From Candidatus Daviesbacteria bacterium (GTDB lineage Bacteria; Patescibacteriota; Microgenomatia; Daviesbacterales; UBA10151), in the NCBI GenBank assembly GCA_030648435.1, contig JAUSHE010000008.1, forward strand, positions 3,449 to 67,448: a stretch of 64,000 nt of DNA. The letters run 5' to 3'. Each line of letters opens with the position of its first letter. Position 1 is the stretch's first letter. The notes under the pieces are model-generated. The model saw only the letters and a program-made list of their open reading frames with translations, searched no databases and was not told where the DNA came from. Below, piece by piece: positions 28,932-38,205 of this stretch. Position numbers and translations under genes: made by a program.

Positions 28932-29480
28932 TTAGAAGTTAACTTTTATGTCTGCTTTTTCTGACTCTGCGGCTTTGAAAAATTCTTCTTTCTTAAATCC
29001 AAACATAGACCCTACCCAGGCCGAAGGAACGGTTTCCAGGGAATTATTCAGATCCAAGACATTGGTGTTATAAAATTGGCGGGAGGCAGCTACTTTTGTT
29101 TCGGTATCGGAAATCTCCTCCTGCAGCTCCTTAAAATTCTCAGATGCCCGAAGGTTTGGATAAGCCTCTGCAACGGCAAAAAGTGATTTTAAAGCGCCTG
29201 TCAGCATATTATCCGCTTCTGCAGCTTCATGCGGACTTTTTGCGCCCAGCATAGCGCTTCTCGCTTTAGTGACATTTTCAAAAACTTGTTTTTCATGCTT
29301 GGCATAACCTTTGACGGCTTCAACAAGATTGGGAATTAAAGAAGAACGCCTTTTTAATTGAACTTCAATTTGTGACCAGGCTTCACGGACTCTGTTTCGG
29401 AGAGTAACAAGAGAATTATATATGGCCAAAAGCCAGAAAGCTATTAAAACTACTGCCCCGATTGTGATATATGTAATCAT
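28932..29480 (-). CDS. lemA: LemA family protein
   Basis: N-terminal TM plus [24 protein letters not shown] are LemA hallmark residues. Confidence 0.8.
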   Translation of the reverse strand: MITYITIGAVVLIAFWLLAIYNSLVTLRNRVREAWSQIEVQLKRRSSLIPNLVEAVKGYAKHEKQVFENVTKARSAMLGAKSPHEAAEADNMLTGALKSLFAVAEAYPNLRASENFKELQEEISDTETKVAASRQFYNTNVLDLNNSLETVPSAWVGSMFGFKKEEFFKAAESEKADIKVNF

Positions 29481-29483
29481 TTA

Positions 29484-31190
29484 TTAGATATTAAACCATT
29501 TGGCAAAAGTTGTCCAGTCCCAGGTATTCACAATATCTTCTTTCGTAGCCCAGCCGCGCCTGGCTACCGAAACTCCATATTTCATATTCTGCATAGAAGA
29601 TTTCTCGTGGGCATCGGTATTAATAGAAAACTTAACCCCAAAACTTAATGCCTGTCTAACCAGATCGTCCCTCAAATCCAATCGGTTGGGGAAAGAATTT
29701 ATTTCCAAAACTTTTTTGTTCTCACCGGCAAATTTAAAAACTTTCTCCCAGTCAACTTCATAAGAATCCCGTTTGCCGATCAATCTTCCGGTTGGATGGC
29801 CTAAAACTTTTACATAAGGGCTACTTAAAGCTTTTAGGATTCTATTTGTCATAGCTTCTTTGGATAAATGAAAAGAAGAATGAATAGAAGCTACTGCAAA
29901 ATCCAGAAGTTCTAAGACTTCGTCAGGTAACCCCAGGCTCCCATCAGGTAAAATATCTACTTCGAGTAAATTTAGTACTCGAACACTTTTCTGCGAGGAA
30001 TTAATTTGTTCAATAATTTTTTTCTTTTTCAATATTTCACTTGCTACCTGCGCTGCGGTGTGACCTGATTGACTGGGCTGATGGTCAGTAATCCCAATGT
30101 ATTGATATCCCATTTTATGAGCCTGAGCAACTATTTCTTCGATGCTATTTACACCCATATCATGAGATGGCTTGCTGATAAAATCAGAATGCGTGTGCAA
30201 ATCTCCTTTTATATCTTTTAATTCAACTAAATCAGGCAAACTATTTTTTAGGGCAGCCTCAATTTCGCCTAAATCTTCCCTAATTTCCGGTGGGGGAGTC
30301 TGCATCCCAAGTTTTTTATATAACTCTTCTTCGCTACGGCATCCGGTAATATTTATCTTATTTTTCTTTGCAAATTCATTTAAATGGATATTATGGTTTT
30401 TTGAACCTGTAAAATGCTGCAGCAGAGTTCCATAGTTACCGGGGCTTTCAACCAAAAGATCCAGCTGTAATCCCGAATTCAATAAAACAGTGGCTTTGTT
30501 TTCTCCATGGTTTATTATTTTTGATGTGCCGGGCATTTTGCAAAAATAATCTACGGCTTTTTGAGGATTTCTCGAGGCAACAGCAAAATCTAAATCCCCT
30601 ACTGTCGCAACCATTCTCCGTAAAGATCCCAGAACATTAGCATTCTCTATATCAGGACATTTTTTAAGATATTCCAGCACTTTCTCCGCCTGAGCGTCTG
30701 CATATGGCAATGACATCCTGCCTGCAAAAATATCTAATTTTTTCCATTTCAGCACATCACTGATTTTTTTGGAAAGCTTCTCTGAAAAACCTGCACTAAC
30801 CAAAACACCATTCTCAATCATGGCTGAAAGATCATCTTTGCTTTTAACACCCAATTTAGCCAGGCTGAGAGCGGTCTTAGCACCAATTCCCGGAATATCC
30901 AGCAGTTCAAAAACTACCTCAGGAATACCTTTTTTTACATCATCCCAATGTTTAACTTTTCCTGTTTTAAAAAACTCATCAAGATGGGCCTTTAGCGACT
31001 CCCCTAAACCGGGAATATGATTAAGATTACCCTCCTGCCATAAATCAAAAATCTCAGTAGTTGAGTGTTCAATAGAATCTGCTGCATTCTCATAGGCACG
31101 GATTTGAAAAATATTACCCGTCTTGTTGAGGGTATACGCCACGGCTACACTTCGCAACATCCCAGCCAACTGTTGATTGGAGATTTCCAT
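29484..31190 (-). CDS. polX: DNA polymerase X family protein with C-terminal PHP phosphoesterase domain (start revised to MEISNQQL)
   Basis: HhH motifs (IPGLGESLKAHL, IPGIGAKTALSL), Pol-beta-like palm, PHP motif DLHTHSDFS. The ORF-track N-terminus MLKPWKKKVTIILNK is an out-of-frame read of the hicA remnant. Confidence 0.8.
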   Translation of the reverse strand: MEISNQQLAGMLRSVAVAYTLNKTGNIFQIRAYENAADSIEHSTTEIFDLWQEGNLNHIPGLGESLKAHLDEFFKTGKVKHWDDVKKGIPEVVFELLDIPGIGAKTALSLAKLGVKSKDDLSAMIENGVLVSAGFSEKLSKKISDVLKWKKLDIFAGRMSLPYADAQAEKVLEYLKKCPDIENANVLGSLRRMVATVGDLDFAVASRNPQKAVDYFCKMPGTSKIINHGENKATVLLNSGLQLDLLVESPGNYGTLLQHFTGSKNHNIHLNEFAKKNKINITGCRSEEELYKKLGMQTPPPEIREDLGEIEAALKNSLPDLVELKDIKGDLHTHSDFISKPSHDMGVNSIEEIVAQAHKMGYQYIGITDHQPSQSGHTAAQVASEILKKKKIIEQINSSQKSVRVLNLLEVDILPDGSLGLPDEVLELLDFAVASIHSSFHLSKEAMTNRILKALSSPYVKVLGHPTGRLIGKRDSYEVDWEKVFKFAGENKKVLEINSFPNRLDLRDDLVRQALSFGVKFSINTDAHEKSSMQNMKYGVSVARRGWATKEDIVNTWDWTTFAKWFNI

Positions 31191-31191
31191 T

Positions 31192-31269
31192 TTATTTAAA
31201 ATTATAGTAACTTTTTTTTTCCAGGGCTTTAACAACTTGCTTACCGCTTACCTGGGGTATATTTGACAT
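31192..31269 (-). pseudogene. hicA: hicA toxin remnant (25 codons), truncated at an A9 tract and by the polX start
   Basis: ATG abuts the hicB stop (TAAATG). MSNIPQVSGKQVVKALEKK matches the HicA N-terminus (..sgkelik.Lek.G). Stops after GGAAAAAAAAAG. Confidence 0.45.
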
Positions 31270-31506
31270 TTATGCTGTAACTTGAACAGGTACAATAAAA
31301 CGATCCTTGTGAAGTGTGCCCTCGTTGAGCTTATCATTATCAGCATCTTCTAAATATAGCTCTGCAGATTCTTTAATATTTGCTATTGCCTTCTCTAAGG
31401 AGTCTCCCTGAGAAGCACAACCCGGAAGATCAGGAATCCAAACAGAATAACCACCATCTGGGTCTTTTTCAAAAACGGCATCATATTGCAGCACTTTTCT
31501 TTTCAT
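31270..31506 (-). CDS. hicB: HicB-family antitoxin (UPF0150)
   Basis: YDAVFEKDPDGGYSVWIPDLPGCASQGDSLEKAIANIKESAELYLE is the classic HicB/UPF0150 fold sequence. Confidence 0.65.
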   Translation of the reverse strand: MKRKVLQYDAVFEKDPDGGYSVWIPDLPGCASQGDSLEKAIANIKESAELYLEDADNDKLNEGTLHKDRFIVPVQVTA

Positions 31507-31616
31507 ATACTATCATTATAGTCTAAAAACATTCAAAAATCTACAACTCAGCTTCACGCTTTTACCCATACTTATAATTGAATACACAGGCTTTCTCTGC
31601 TAAAATATCTAGGTTT

Positions 31617-31693
31617 GGGGCCGTAGCTCAATTGGTTAGAGCGCCTGATTGTCAATCAGGAGGTCGCGGGTTCAAGTCCCGTCGGTCCCGCCA
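31617..31693 (+). tRNA. tRNA-Asp (anticodon GTC)
   Basis: Acceptor GGGGCCG/CGGTCCC, anticodon stem CCTGA/TCAGG with loop TTGTCAA, T-arm GCGGGTTCAAGTCCCGT, encoded CCA. Confidence 0.85.
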
Positions 31694-31771
31694 ATTTCCC
31701 CTCTTGACAAGAGAATCAATTTAGATTAAAAGTTAGATTGTAATTCTGCCTCCTGATCTGCCCACAAAAAA

Positions 31772-32356
31772 ATGGCTAAAAAAACTTCTGCAAATTATTT
31801 AGAGAAACTGGAAAGCGGAATTGAGTCAAATCAATCCAAAGTTAGTTTGGTTTTAGGCGCTTTAATTGTCTTAGTTATTGGTGTCTTAATTTTCAATTAC
31901 TTCAACCGCAGCAAATCTGATCTGGGACCTGCTCAACAAACATCCCAGGAAACCCAACAGGATGTTTCACCTGATCAACTTCCCGGTAAATACACTGTCA
32001 AAGAAGGGGATACACTATTTGTCATCGCAGAAAAATATTATACCGACGGGGAGAAGTTTTCCGAAATTGCCATTGCAAACAACTTAACGAATGCGGATCA
32101 GATTGCAACAGGACAGGTTATTGAACTACCTAAATTAACTGTCCAGGAGCCCTTGGGTACCGGCGGAGGCAATACTACAATATGGGGAGAAAAAATTGAT
32201 GGCAATACCTACACTGTAGTTGATGGAGACTGGCTCTCTACAATAGCGGGCAGGGCTTACGGAGACATAATGGCCTTTGATAAAATAGCCAAAGCAAACA
32301 ACATCTCAAATCCGGACATTATCGAACCGGGTACTGTCTTAAATTTACCCCGTTAA
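31772..32356 (+). CDS. LysM-domain protein (two LysM repeats, N-terminal TM anchor)
   Basis: YTVKEGDTLFVIAEKYY...IELP and YTVVDGDWLSTIAGRAYGD...LNLP LysM motifs. Confidence 0.8.
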   Translation: MAKKTSANYLEKLESGIESNQSKVSLVLGALIVLVIGVLIFNYFNRSKSDLGPAQQTSQETQQDVSPDQLPGKYTVKEGDTLFVIAEKYYTDGEKFSEIAIANNLTNADQIATGQVIELPKLTVQEPLGTGGGNTTIWGEKIDGNTYTVVDGDWLSTIAGRAYGDIMAFDKIAKANNISNPDIIEPGTVLNLPR

Positions 32357-32488
32357 TTTTGTATACTAGTTAGGTGATCAAAAGGAACTGGCTTACTTTA
32401 TTCTTCCTTTTTATTTTAATTTTAAATGTTGACCAGGGAAACCAAATAGCCACTCAAGGTTTGGCAGAATCATCTAAATAATATTTAG

Positions 32489-32514
32489 CCTCGCAAGGGG
32501 ACGCCTTGCAGCAC
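32489..32514. repeat. REP copy 6 (CTCGCAAGGGGACGCCTTGCAGCAC), intergenic
   Basis: Same element as the other copies. Confidence 0.8.
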
Positions 32515-32591
32515 AATACTATCACTGAGCTACTCCGGCACACACTTATTCTTCAGAAGGCAGGATTAATAAACTACTGCAGGATTCAATC

Positions 32592-32915
32592 ATGGGAATG
32601 AATTTATCCGATATTCACCCCGACTTACCAAGCGGAATTATAGAAATTCAGGAAGGTTATATGAAGTCAGTGACTATAGACGGCACAAATTGTTATCTAA
32701 GCGGCAGGTTTGATATTTTAAGCAAACTTGATGATGGAACTTACGCAATTATAGACTTTAAAATAACCACTCCGGATGAGGAAAAAATACAAAAATATGC
32801 CAACCAATTACATGCCTATAAATTTGCCTTGGAAAACCCGGCAGACGGAGAACCGATTAAAATCTCAAAAATGGGTATTGTCAGTATAAATCCTAATGAA
32901 TTTTTGCTATATTGA
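32592..32915 (+). pseudogene. PD-(D/E)xK nuclease (Cas4/RecB-like) domain fragment
   Basis: DGTYAIIDFKITT (D..D/E.K core) followed by YANQLHAYKFAL (QxxxY motif). Only 107 aa with no N-terminal Cys cluster. Confidence 0.45.
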
Positions 32916-32988
32916 ATTTTACTTCGGCAGTTTGTATATTTATAGATGAACTCAGATCTGGTTTGACCCCACACCTCAAGGAAAATTT

Positions 32989-33360
32989 ATGTTAACTATT
33001 GCCTTCGGGCAAAGTAAATACTTCGTGGACTCGCTGTCGGAAAATACCAAAAGAGGTTTACGCCAAAAAGTTAAACACGGCGAAATGCCTGGCCTTGCTC
33101 CTTTTGGATACTTAAACATCTTAACCGCTGATAGGAGAAAAATTATTATTGTAGATAAAAAGCGTGCTCTTCTTGTCCGCCAAGCTTTTGAAATGTTTGC
33201 TACTGGTAAATACCGAATATTAGACATACGGGACTTTTTGGCGAAAAATGGTATTTTCACCCGCGGTGGTAAAAAATGGCCAATAAACCAAGTAACTAAA
33301 CATATACTGACAAATCCTTTCTATTATATCCATTTTAAATTTTTAGGCGAGATCCACGAA
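32989..33360 (+). pseudogene. Large serine recombinase fragment (recombinase domain only; catalytic N-domain and zinc ribbon missing)
   Basis: KRGLRQKVKHGEMPGLAPFGYLN...LVRQAFEMFATGKYRILDIRDFL...KWPINQVTKHILTNPFYY matches the end of the resolvase alpha-E helix plus the Recombinase domain. Stop codon 14 codons upstream. The ORF then reads through tRNA-Thr. Confidence 0.55.
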
Positions 33361-33562
33361 GGGGTTCATGAGCCAATGAAAAACTGGATAGTGGAAGCCG
33401 CCACGGCGGCTAATACCGCAAGGGGGGAAGACATGGAAGCAAAAAAGGTACTTGCACAAAAAATCTTCGGCTCGAACCTCAAGCTCACCGACAAAATAGT
33501 TTGCTGCAAAGCGCTAAACCAATGGGCGGCGCTCTGCGCCGCCCCGCTTACTCGGGGATGGG

Positions 33563-33634
33563 AGCCGAAGGTGGGAATCGAACCCACGACCTACGGTTTA
33601 CGATACCGCCGCTCTACCACTGAGCTACTTCGGC
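33563..33634 (-). tRNA. tRNA-Thr (anticodon CGT)
   Basis: Minus strand: acceptor GCCGAAG/CTTCGGC, D-arm GCTC-AGTGGTA-GAGC, anticodon stem GCGGT/ACCGT with loop ATCGTAA, T-arm GTGGGTTCGATTCCCAC. Confidence 0.8.
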
Positions 33635-33693
33635 ACAACACATATCACAAATGTATCTTACCAAAGTTGAATCAAGGATTCTATCCAAGTAGC

Positions 33694-34224
33694 TTATTCT
33701 TCAGGAGGTAGGAATTCTTCACCGGCGCTACTTTTTGGTTCTTCGCCGGGTTTGAGCCACTGAATATAGGTACATCCCGTGGCAACTCTTTTTTCCCTAT
33801 CCCAACCAGCAGTCGAGCACTTCTTCATCTTTTTTCCACTGGATGTAGTAAATAAAATTAAACTTTCGCTACAATCAGGACATTTTTCTTCTAGAGTTTC
33901 GATTATACCATTAATCCATTCTACATAGTCACAACCTGTCGCCTGTTTAGTTTCTTTATCCCAACCGCCCCTTGAACATTTTTTCATTTTTTTACCAAAA
34001 CGTGTTGTTTGTAAAATTAATGCAGAATCGCATTTGGGACATTTTTCATCTAATTCCTTAGGTTCAACCAATAGCCACTTTACGAAGCCGCAACCTTCAT
34101 TCTGCTTCGTTTGCGGATTCCAGGAACCCATACTACATCTTTGCAGTTTCTTGCCAGTTTTTGTCTCTATTGGATCGCCTAAAGGAGAACTACATTTTGG
34201 GCAAACATCACTAAAATCTGACAT
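33694..34224 (-). CDS. Triple topoisomerase-type C4 zinc-ribbon protein (YrdD-like)
   Basis: Three ~55-aa repeats of CP(K/D)C...RFGKKMKKCS..GW(D/N)..K...GC.Y(V/I)(E/Q)W resemble the zf-C4_Topoisom module. Confidence 0.6.
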   Translation of the reverse strand: MSDFSDVCPKCSSPLGDPIETKTGKKLQRCSMGSWNPQTKQNEGCGFVKWLLVEPKELDEKCPKCDSALILQTTRFGKKMKKCSRGGWDKETKQATGCDYVEWINGIIETLEEKCPDCSESLILFTTSSGKKMKKCSTAGWDREKRVATGCTYIQWLKPGEEPKSSAGEEFLPPEE

Positions 34225-34267
34225 CGTATAACATTACCACGTTTAGTTTTTAAACAAAAGTAGGAAT

Positions 34268-34341
34268 TGGAGCAGGGTACGAGAATTGAACTCGCTTCTC
34301 TACCTTGGGAAGGTAGCATACTACCGGTGTACTAACCCTGC
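34268..34341 (-). tRNA. tRNA-Gly (anticodon CCC)
   Basis: Minus strand: acceptor GCAGGGT/ACCCTGC, anticodon stem CTACC/GGTAG with loop TTCCCAA, T-arm GCGAGTTCAATTCTCGT, encoded CCA. Confidence 0.8.
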
Positions 34342-34381
34342 AAGCTCACATTATTTTACCAGATTTTGGTATACTCATGAT

Positions 34382-35113
34382 ATGAGATATAAATATCACT
34401 CCAGAAGGGCAGCAAAAAGGTTGGCCAGCAAAAGCCGACGGAACTTTATCATTACCCTAATAATTATAGCTATTCTTATCTACTCCACTATTACCTGGGT
34501 GCTCCCTTCTTTTATCGGCGGATTGGGTTTTATTAAAAATATTGTGAGTCCTCCTAAAAAAACTGTTATCAGGTCTTCAGAAAATGCCAATCTGGCTCCC
34601 CCTGTCTTAAATATCCCTTATGAAGCTACTTATTCCGCCCGGATTAATATCGCGGGCTTTTCTACTCCCGATACTAAAGTTAAGTTGTATTTGGATGATG
34701 AGGACAAGCAGACGATTGACGTCTTATCTGACGGCAGTTTTACTTTTGAAGATATTTCCTTAAGTCTGGGAACAAATAATATTTATGGAACAACGCTGGA
34801 TAATGAAAACAAGCAAAGCCTGCCTTCCAAAACTATCAAATTAATTTATGATAATGAAAAACCCATTCTTTCTATCAACGAACCTGAGGATAATAAAAAG
34901 ATCCAAGGCGGTGACAAAAAGGTGAAGATTTCCGGCACCATCGAACCAGGCGCAAAAGTTTATATTAACAGCGCCCAAATAATTGTCGGCAAAGAAGGTA
35001 ATTTTAGTACAGATCAACCCGTAAATGACGGTGATAATGATATTATTATTAAAGCAGTCGATATAGCACTAAATTCTACCGAAATACAAAGAAGGGTAAA
35101 TTATGCTCCATAA
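34382..35113 (+). CDS. Membrane-anchored protein with predicted beta-rich (Ig-like) extracellular repeats; start trimmed to Met33
   Basis: The ORF-track N-terminus overlaps tRNA-Gly. MRYKYHSRRAAKRL followed by a TM helix. No catalytic motif. Confidence 0.4.
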   Translation: MRYKYHSRRAAKRLASKSRRNFIITLIIIAILIYSTITWVLPSFIGGLGFIKNIVSPPKKTVIRSSENANLAPPVLNIPYEATYSARINIAGFSTPDTKVKLYLDDEDKQTIDVLSDGSFTFEDISLSLGTNNIYGTTLDNENKQSLPSKTIKLIYDNEKPILSINEPEDNKKIQGGDKKVKISGTIEPGAKVYINSAQIIVGKEGNFSTDQPVNDGDNDIIIKAVDIALNSTEIQRRVNYAP

Positions 35114-35115
35114 AC

Positions 35116-36150
35116 TTAACTAACCCAATAACCCGTTACAAACATCACGCTAAAGATACCCAGCAACATCAAAGAAATAACCTGAAAAAACAAAACAAAA
35201 TATTGATTCTTAACAAAAGCCATTAAAATAAAAATCGGAAATACCGGCAGTAGAAACCTGGGGCTGGAAGTTAATGTTGGAGTAAAAAGCGGAATCACAA
35301 CTGAAAGCAAACCATATATGGCATATACGGAAGGCAAAAATCTAAAAGCCCTGATGGCAAACCCCAGACCGAAAATCGCAAAGCCCAAATCCAATATGCC
35401 GGTGGGCATATTTTTTAATGCTTCCCAAAAGCCCACACCCGGAGCCACCAAGATCCGCTGCCAGTGATTTTCGGCCGTAATAAAATAAAACGGATCGCCT
35501 GTTTGTCTGTACAAAAATATACTGTAAATAACAAAACCCAAAATAGCAAAGAAAACATACCAATTTTTTCTGTTTATACCATCTTTTCCCAAAACGTCTA
35601 TGATAACCGCAGCCGCAACCGCCAAACCAACTAACCTGGTTGCTGATGCCAAACTTGCAAAAACTACAGCCCAAAATAATTTATTTTTCCTTAAGAAGTA
35701 AAAGGTCAGTACTGTCAGCAGGAAGAAAAGCCCCTCAGAGTAGGCTGTGAGAAAAAAGAAGGAGGTGGGAAAAAACAGTAATACGATCACAGCTTTTTCA
35801 GCAATTTGTTTTTTGAAATCAGACTGTACTAATTTGCAAAAATAATGCAGCCCTAAAAATGTCGAGCCCACACTTATGAAAATGGCAGATATTAAATAAT
35901 TATTAATTATTTTATTTAATACATTTATTAGTAACGGATAAAACGGAAAAAAAGCATATTGAAACTTCTCACTATAACCCTTTTCTGCAATTCCTAAAAA
36001 ATGCCCTCCGTCCCAATTTGCCAAATTGGAGAAAAAATTGTTACTGAATTTTCCTGAATGGGGTAGGGTAGAAAAACCAAAATATGAAACCAGTAAAACT
36101 GATACTAACCAGATGATGAAAATTTTATTGATATTAGGATATAATTTCAC
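35116..36150 (-). CDS. PIG-V/GT-C-like mannosyltransferase family membrane protein
   Basis: WDGGHFLGIAEKGYS...YAFFPFYPLL matches the Mannosyltransferase (PIG-V)/DUF2029 signature. Polytopic. Confidence 0.55.
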   Translation of the reverse strand: MKLYPNINKIFIIWLVSVLLVSYFGFSTLPHSGKFSNNFFSNLANWDGGHFLGIAEKGYSEKFQYAFFPFYPLLINVLNKIINNYLISAIFISVGSTFLGLHYFCKLVQSDFKKQIAEKAVIVLLFFPTSFFFLTAYSEGLFFLLTVLTFYFLRKNKLFWAVVFASLASATRLVGLAVAAAVIIDVLGKDGINRKNWYVFFAILGFVIYSIFLYRQTGDPFYFITAENHWQRILVAPGVGFWEALKNMPTGILDLGFAIFGLGFAIRAFRFLPSVYAIYGLLSVVIPLFTPTLTSSPRFLLPVFPIFILMAFVKNQYFVLFFQVISLMLLGIFSVMFVTGYWVS

Positions 36151-36152
36151 TT

Positions 36153-37265
36153 ATGACCCTTTTGGTTCCGATTTTAGCATTTGCTCTGACCTCCGGTCAA
36201 TTAATCAGACTTCCCTTTCTGGGGGGGGGAGTCACCCTTCTTGATCTAACAGTTGCAGTTTTGTCAGTCTATGGACTTATTAAACTAAAATTGAAATTGA
36301 AAAATCCGCCCTTTTTAAAGCCAGCTTTATGCTTTATTCTGATCGCTTTATTCTCTCTTCTGCTCACCCCACTGCGCTTGACACTCCCTGAATACTTGGT
36401 AAGTTTTTCTTACATTGCCAGATTGTTTCTTTATGTGCTATTTGGCTGGGTAGTATATTCGGGAAGTTTTTTAGATACAAGGAAAGCATTTCTTCTATCG
36501 GGCATGTCTTTTGCTGTTTTGGGGCTATTGCAGTTTGCATTCTTTCCTGATTTGTATTTTCTAAAACTGGCCGGCTGGGATCCTCACTATTTCCGGACTG
36601 TTTCCACTTTTCTGGATCCAAACTTTGCCGGAGCATTTTTAGTCTTAACCATGATTTTATCATTCAAGGAAAAGAATAAAAAAATATCTATATTTATTTT
36701 TGCATTACTTTATATTGCACTTTTTACTACTTTTTCCCGCAGTAGTTATCTGATGTTTTTGGTATCAGGTTTAACTTTTTTCTTTCTTAATAAATCAAAA
36801 AAATATTTGCTTTTAACTTTAGTACTTTTCGCTTTCCTTCTTTTTGGTTTTCAAATATATTCAAAACTAGTTGCAGCACCCCGCAATATCAACAGGGAGC
36901 AGTCTGCATCATTTCGTCTTAATACCTGGCAGCAGGGGCTTGACCTGTTTAAGAAGTCTCCTGTTTTAGGGATAGGATTTAATGCATACCGCTACGGCAT
37001 AAAAAAATACAATCTGGGAGATCAGCAGTTTCTGGACAGCCACGGATCATCCGGCAATGATTCTTCTTTATTATTTGTTGCCTCAACTACCGGAATAATT
37101 GGTTTCTTAGTCTATTTATATTTTCTATTTTCCTTAATGAAAAGCAGTAAAATAATTACTGCGGCAATCTTAGGGCTAATCGTTCACTCCTTTTTCAGCA
37201 ATAGTTTATTTTACCCGCCAATTTTAGCCTGGATATTGATTATGTCCGTAGTCCCCAAAAAGTAA
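36153..37265 (+). CDS. O-antigen ligase / Wzy_C-family membrane protein (candidate oligosaccharyltransferase)
   Basis: Polytopic. Wzy_C region RLNTWQQGLDLFKKSPVLGIGFNAYRY. Contains G9 tract at 36221-36229 encoding L-G-G-G. Confidence 0.6.
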   Translation: MTLLVPILAFALTSGQLIRLPFLGGGVTLLDLTVAVLSVYGLIKLKLKLKNPPFLKPALCFILIALFSLLLTPLRLTLPEYLVSFSYIARLFLYVLFGWVVYSGSFLDTRKAFLLSGMSFAVLGLLQFAFFPDLYFLKLAGWDPHYFRTVSTFLDPNFAGAFLVLTMILSFKEKNKKISIFIFALLYIALFTTFSRSSYLMFLVSGLTFFFLNKSKKYLLLTLVLFAFLLFGFQIYSKLVAAPRNINREQSASFRLNTWQQGLDLFKKSPVLGIGFNAYRYGIKKYNLGDQQFLDSHGSSGNDSSLLFVASTTGIIGFLVYLYFLFSLMKSSKIITAAILGLIVHSFFSNSLFYPPILAWILIMSVVPKK

Positions 37266-38205
37266 CTTTCTTATCTGTTAAAAAACCTTCAATATAGCCG
37301 TCACTAACTTTTCTATTCTTCTGTATTGCCCTTCTCTGATTGAGTAGGCTTGGCAGATGATACAATAACCAAAGTTTTGTCAGAACCGGAGGCCAAATGT
37401 ATCCGTTTTTCAGTTGGTAAAAAATAGTATTCAGAAAAACCAGAATAATTTTTAACCATCTCCATTTTTTAAATAAAACACCAACCGGAAAATCTTTAAT
37501 AATTGTTTGCATCATATTTCTAAATTGCCAATATTCAATGTGCTGCGGTTTTTTCCCGGCTGTTGCCTTATGTTTGTGGTAAACAATTGCCATAGGGCAA
37601 AAGATTGACTTATATCCCAAAAATTGCGCCCGAAAGGCAAAATCAACCTCCTCTGAATACATAAAATAACCTTCATCAAACCCCCCTACTTTAATAAAAT
37701 CTTCCCGACGGAAGAGAGACGCTCCCCCTGTTGCTCCAAAAATATACTCTTCCTTATCAAACTGCCCGTGATCTTTTTCCTGCCAACCGATCGAACGGGC
37801 CTGCCCTACTTCATTTATCTCGATCCCTACTCCGTCAATTATTTTTTTATCATAAAAATTTAGTAACCTGGGATTTACGGAAATTACTTCCGGGTGAGAA
37901 TCGGCGCATGTTATTAAACTTTTTACAAAATCTTTATCTGATTCTGTGTCGTTATTCAACAAAATCACATACTCAGTATTTGAAATTTTTACGCCTTCAT
38001 TTATTGCCCGGGCGAAACCAAAATTATTTTTTAATTTAACTAATCTAACTTTGGGATAATTTTTTTTTAAAAAATCTATCGAGTCATCAGTAGATCCATT
38101 ATCTACAAGAATTATCTCAGCCGGTTGGTTTTCTAGCGAATCCAAACAATCTTTCAGCAATTCTTTGCCGTTCCAGTTGGGGATAATTACTGAAACTTTT
38201 TTCAT
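37240..38205 (-). CDS. Family 2 glycosyltransferase
   Basis: VSVIIPNWNGKELLKDCLDSL plus DNGSTD and a D.D-type GT-A fold. Confidence 0.8.
   Translation of the reverse strand: MKKVSVIIPNWNGKELLKDCLDSLENQPAEIILVDNGSTDDSIDFLKKNYPKVRLVKLKNNFGFARAINEGVKISNTEYVILLNNDTESDKDFVKSLITCADSHPEVISVNPRLLNFYDKKIIDGVGIEINEVGQARSIGWQEKDHGQFDKEEYIFGATGGASLFRREDFIKVGGFDEGYFMYSEEVDFAFRAQFLGYKSIFCPMAIVYHKHKATAGKKPQHIEYWQFRNMMQTIIKDFPVGVLFKKWRWLKIILVFLNTIFYQLKNGYIWPPVLTKLWLLYHLPSLLNQRRAIQKNRKVSDGYIEGFLTDKKVTFWGLRT

Noticed and set aside
33361-33711. C-terminal half of ORF 32989..33711
   Set aside because: Beyond ~aa 125 the frame passes through tRNA-Thr (translated ...GIEPTTYGLRYRRSTTELLRH) and loses recombinase similarity. 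Only the 5' third was kept, as a recombinase fragment.
34286-34381. First 32 codons of ORF 34286..35113
   Set aside because: They overlap tRNA-Gly on the opposite strand. The start was moved to Met33.
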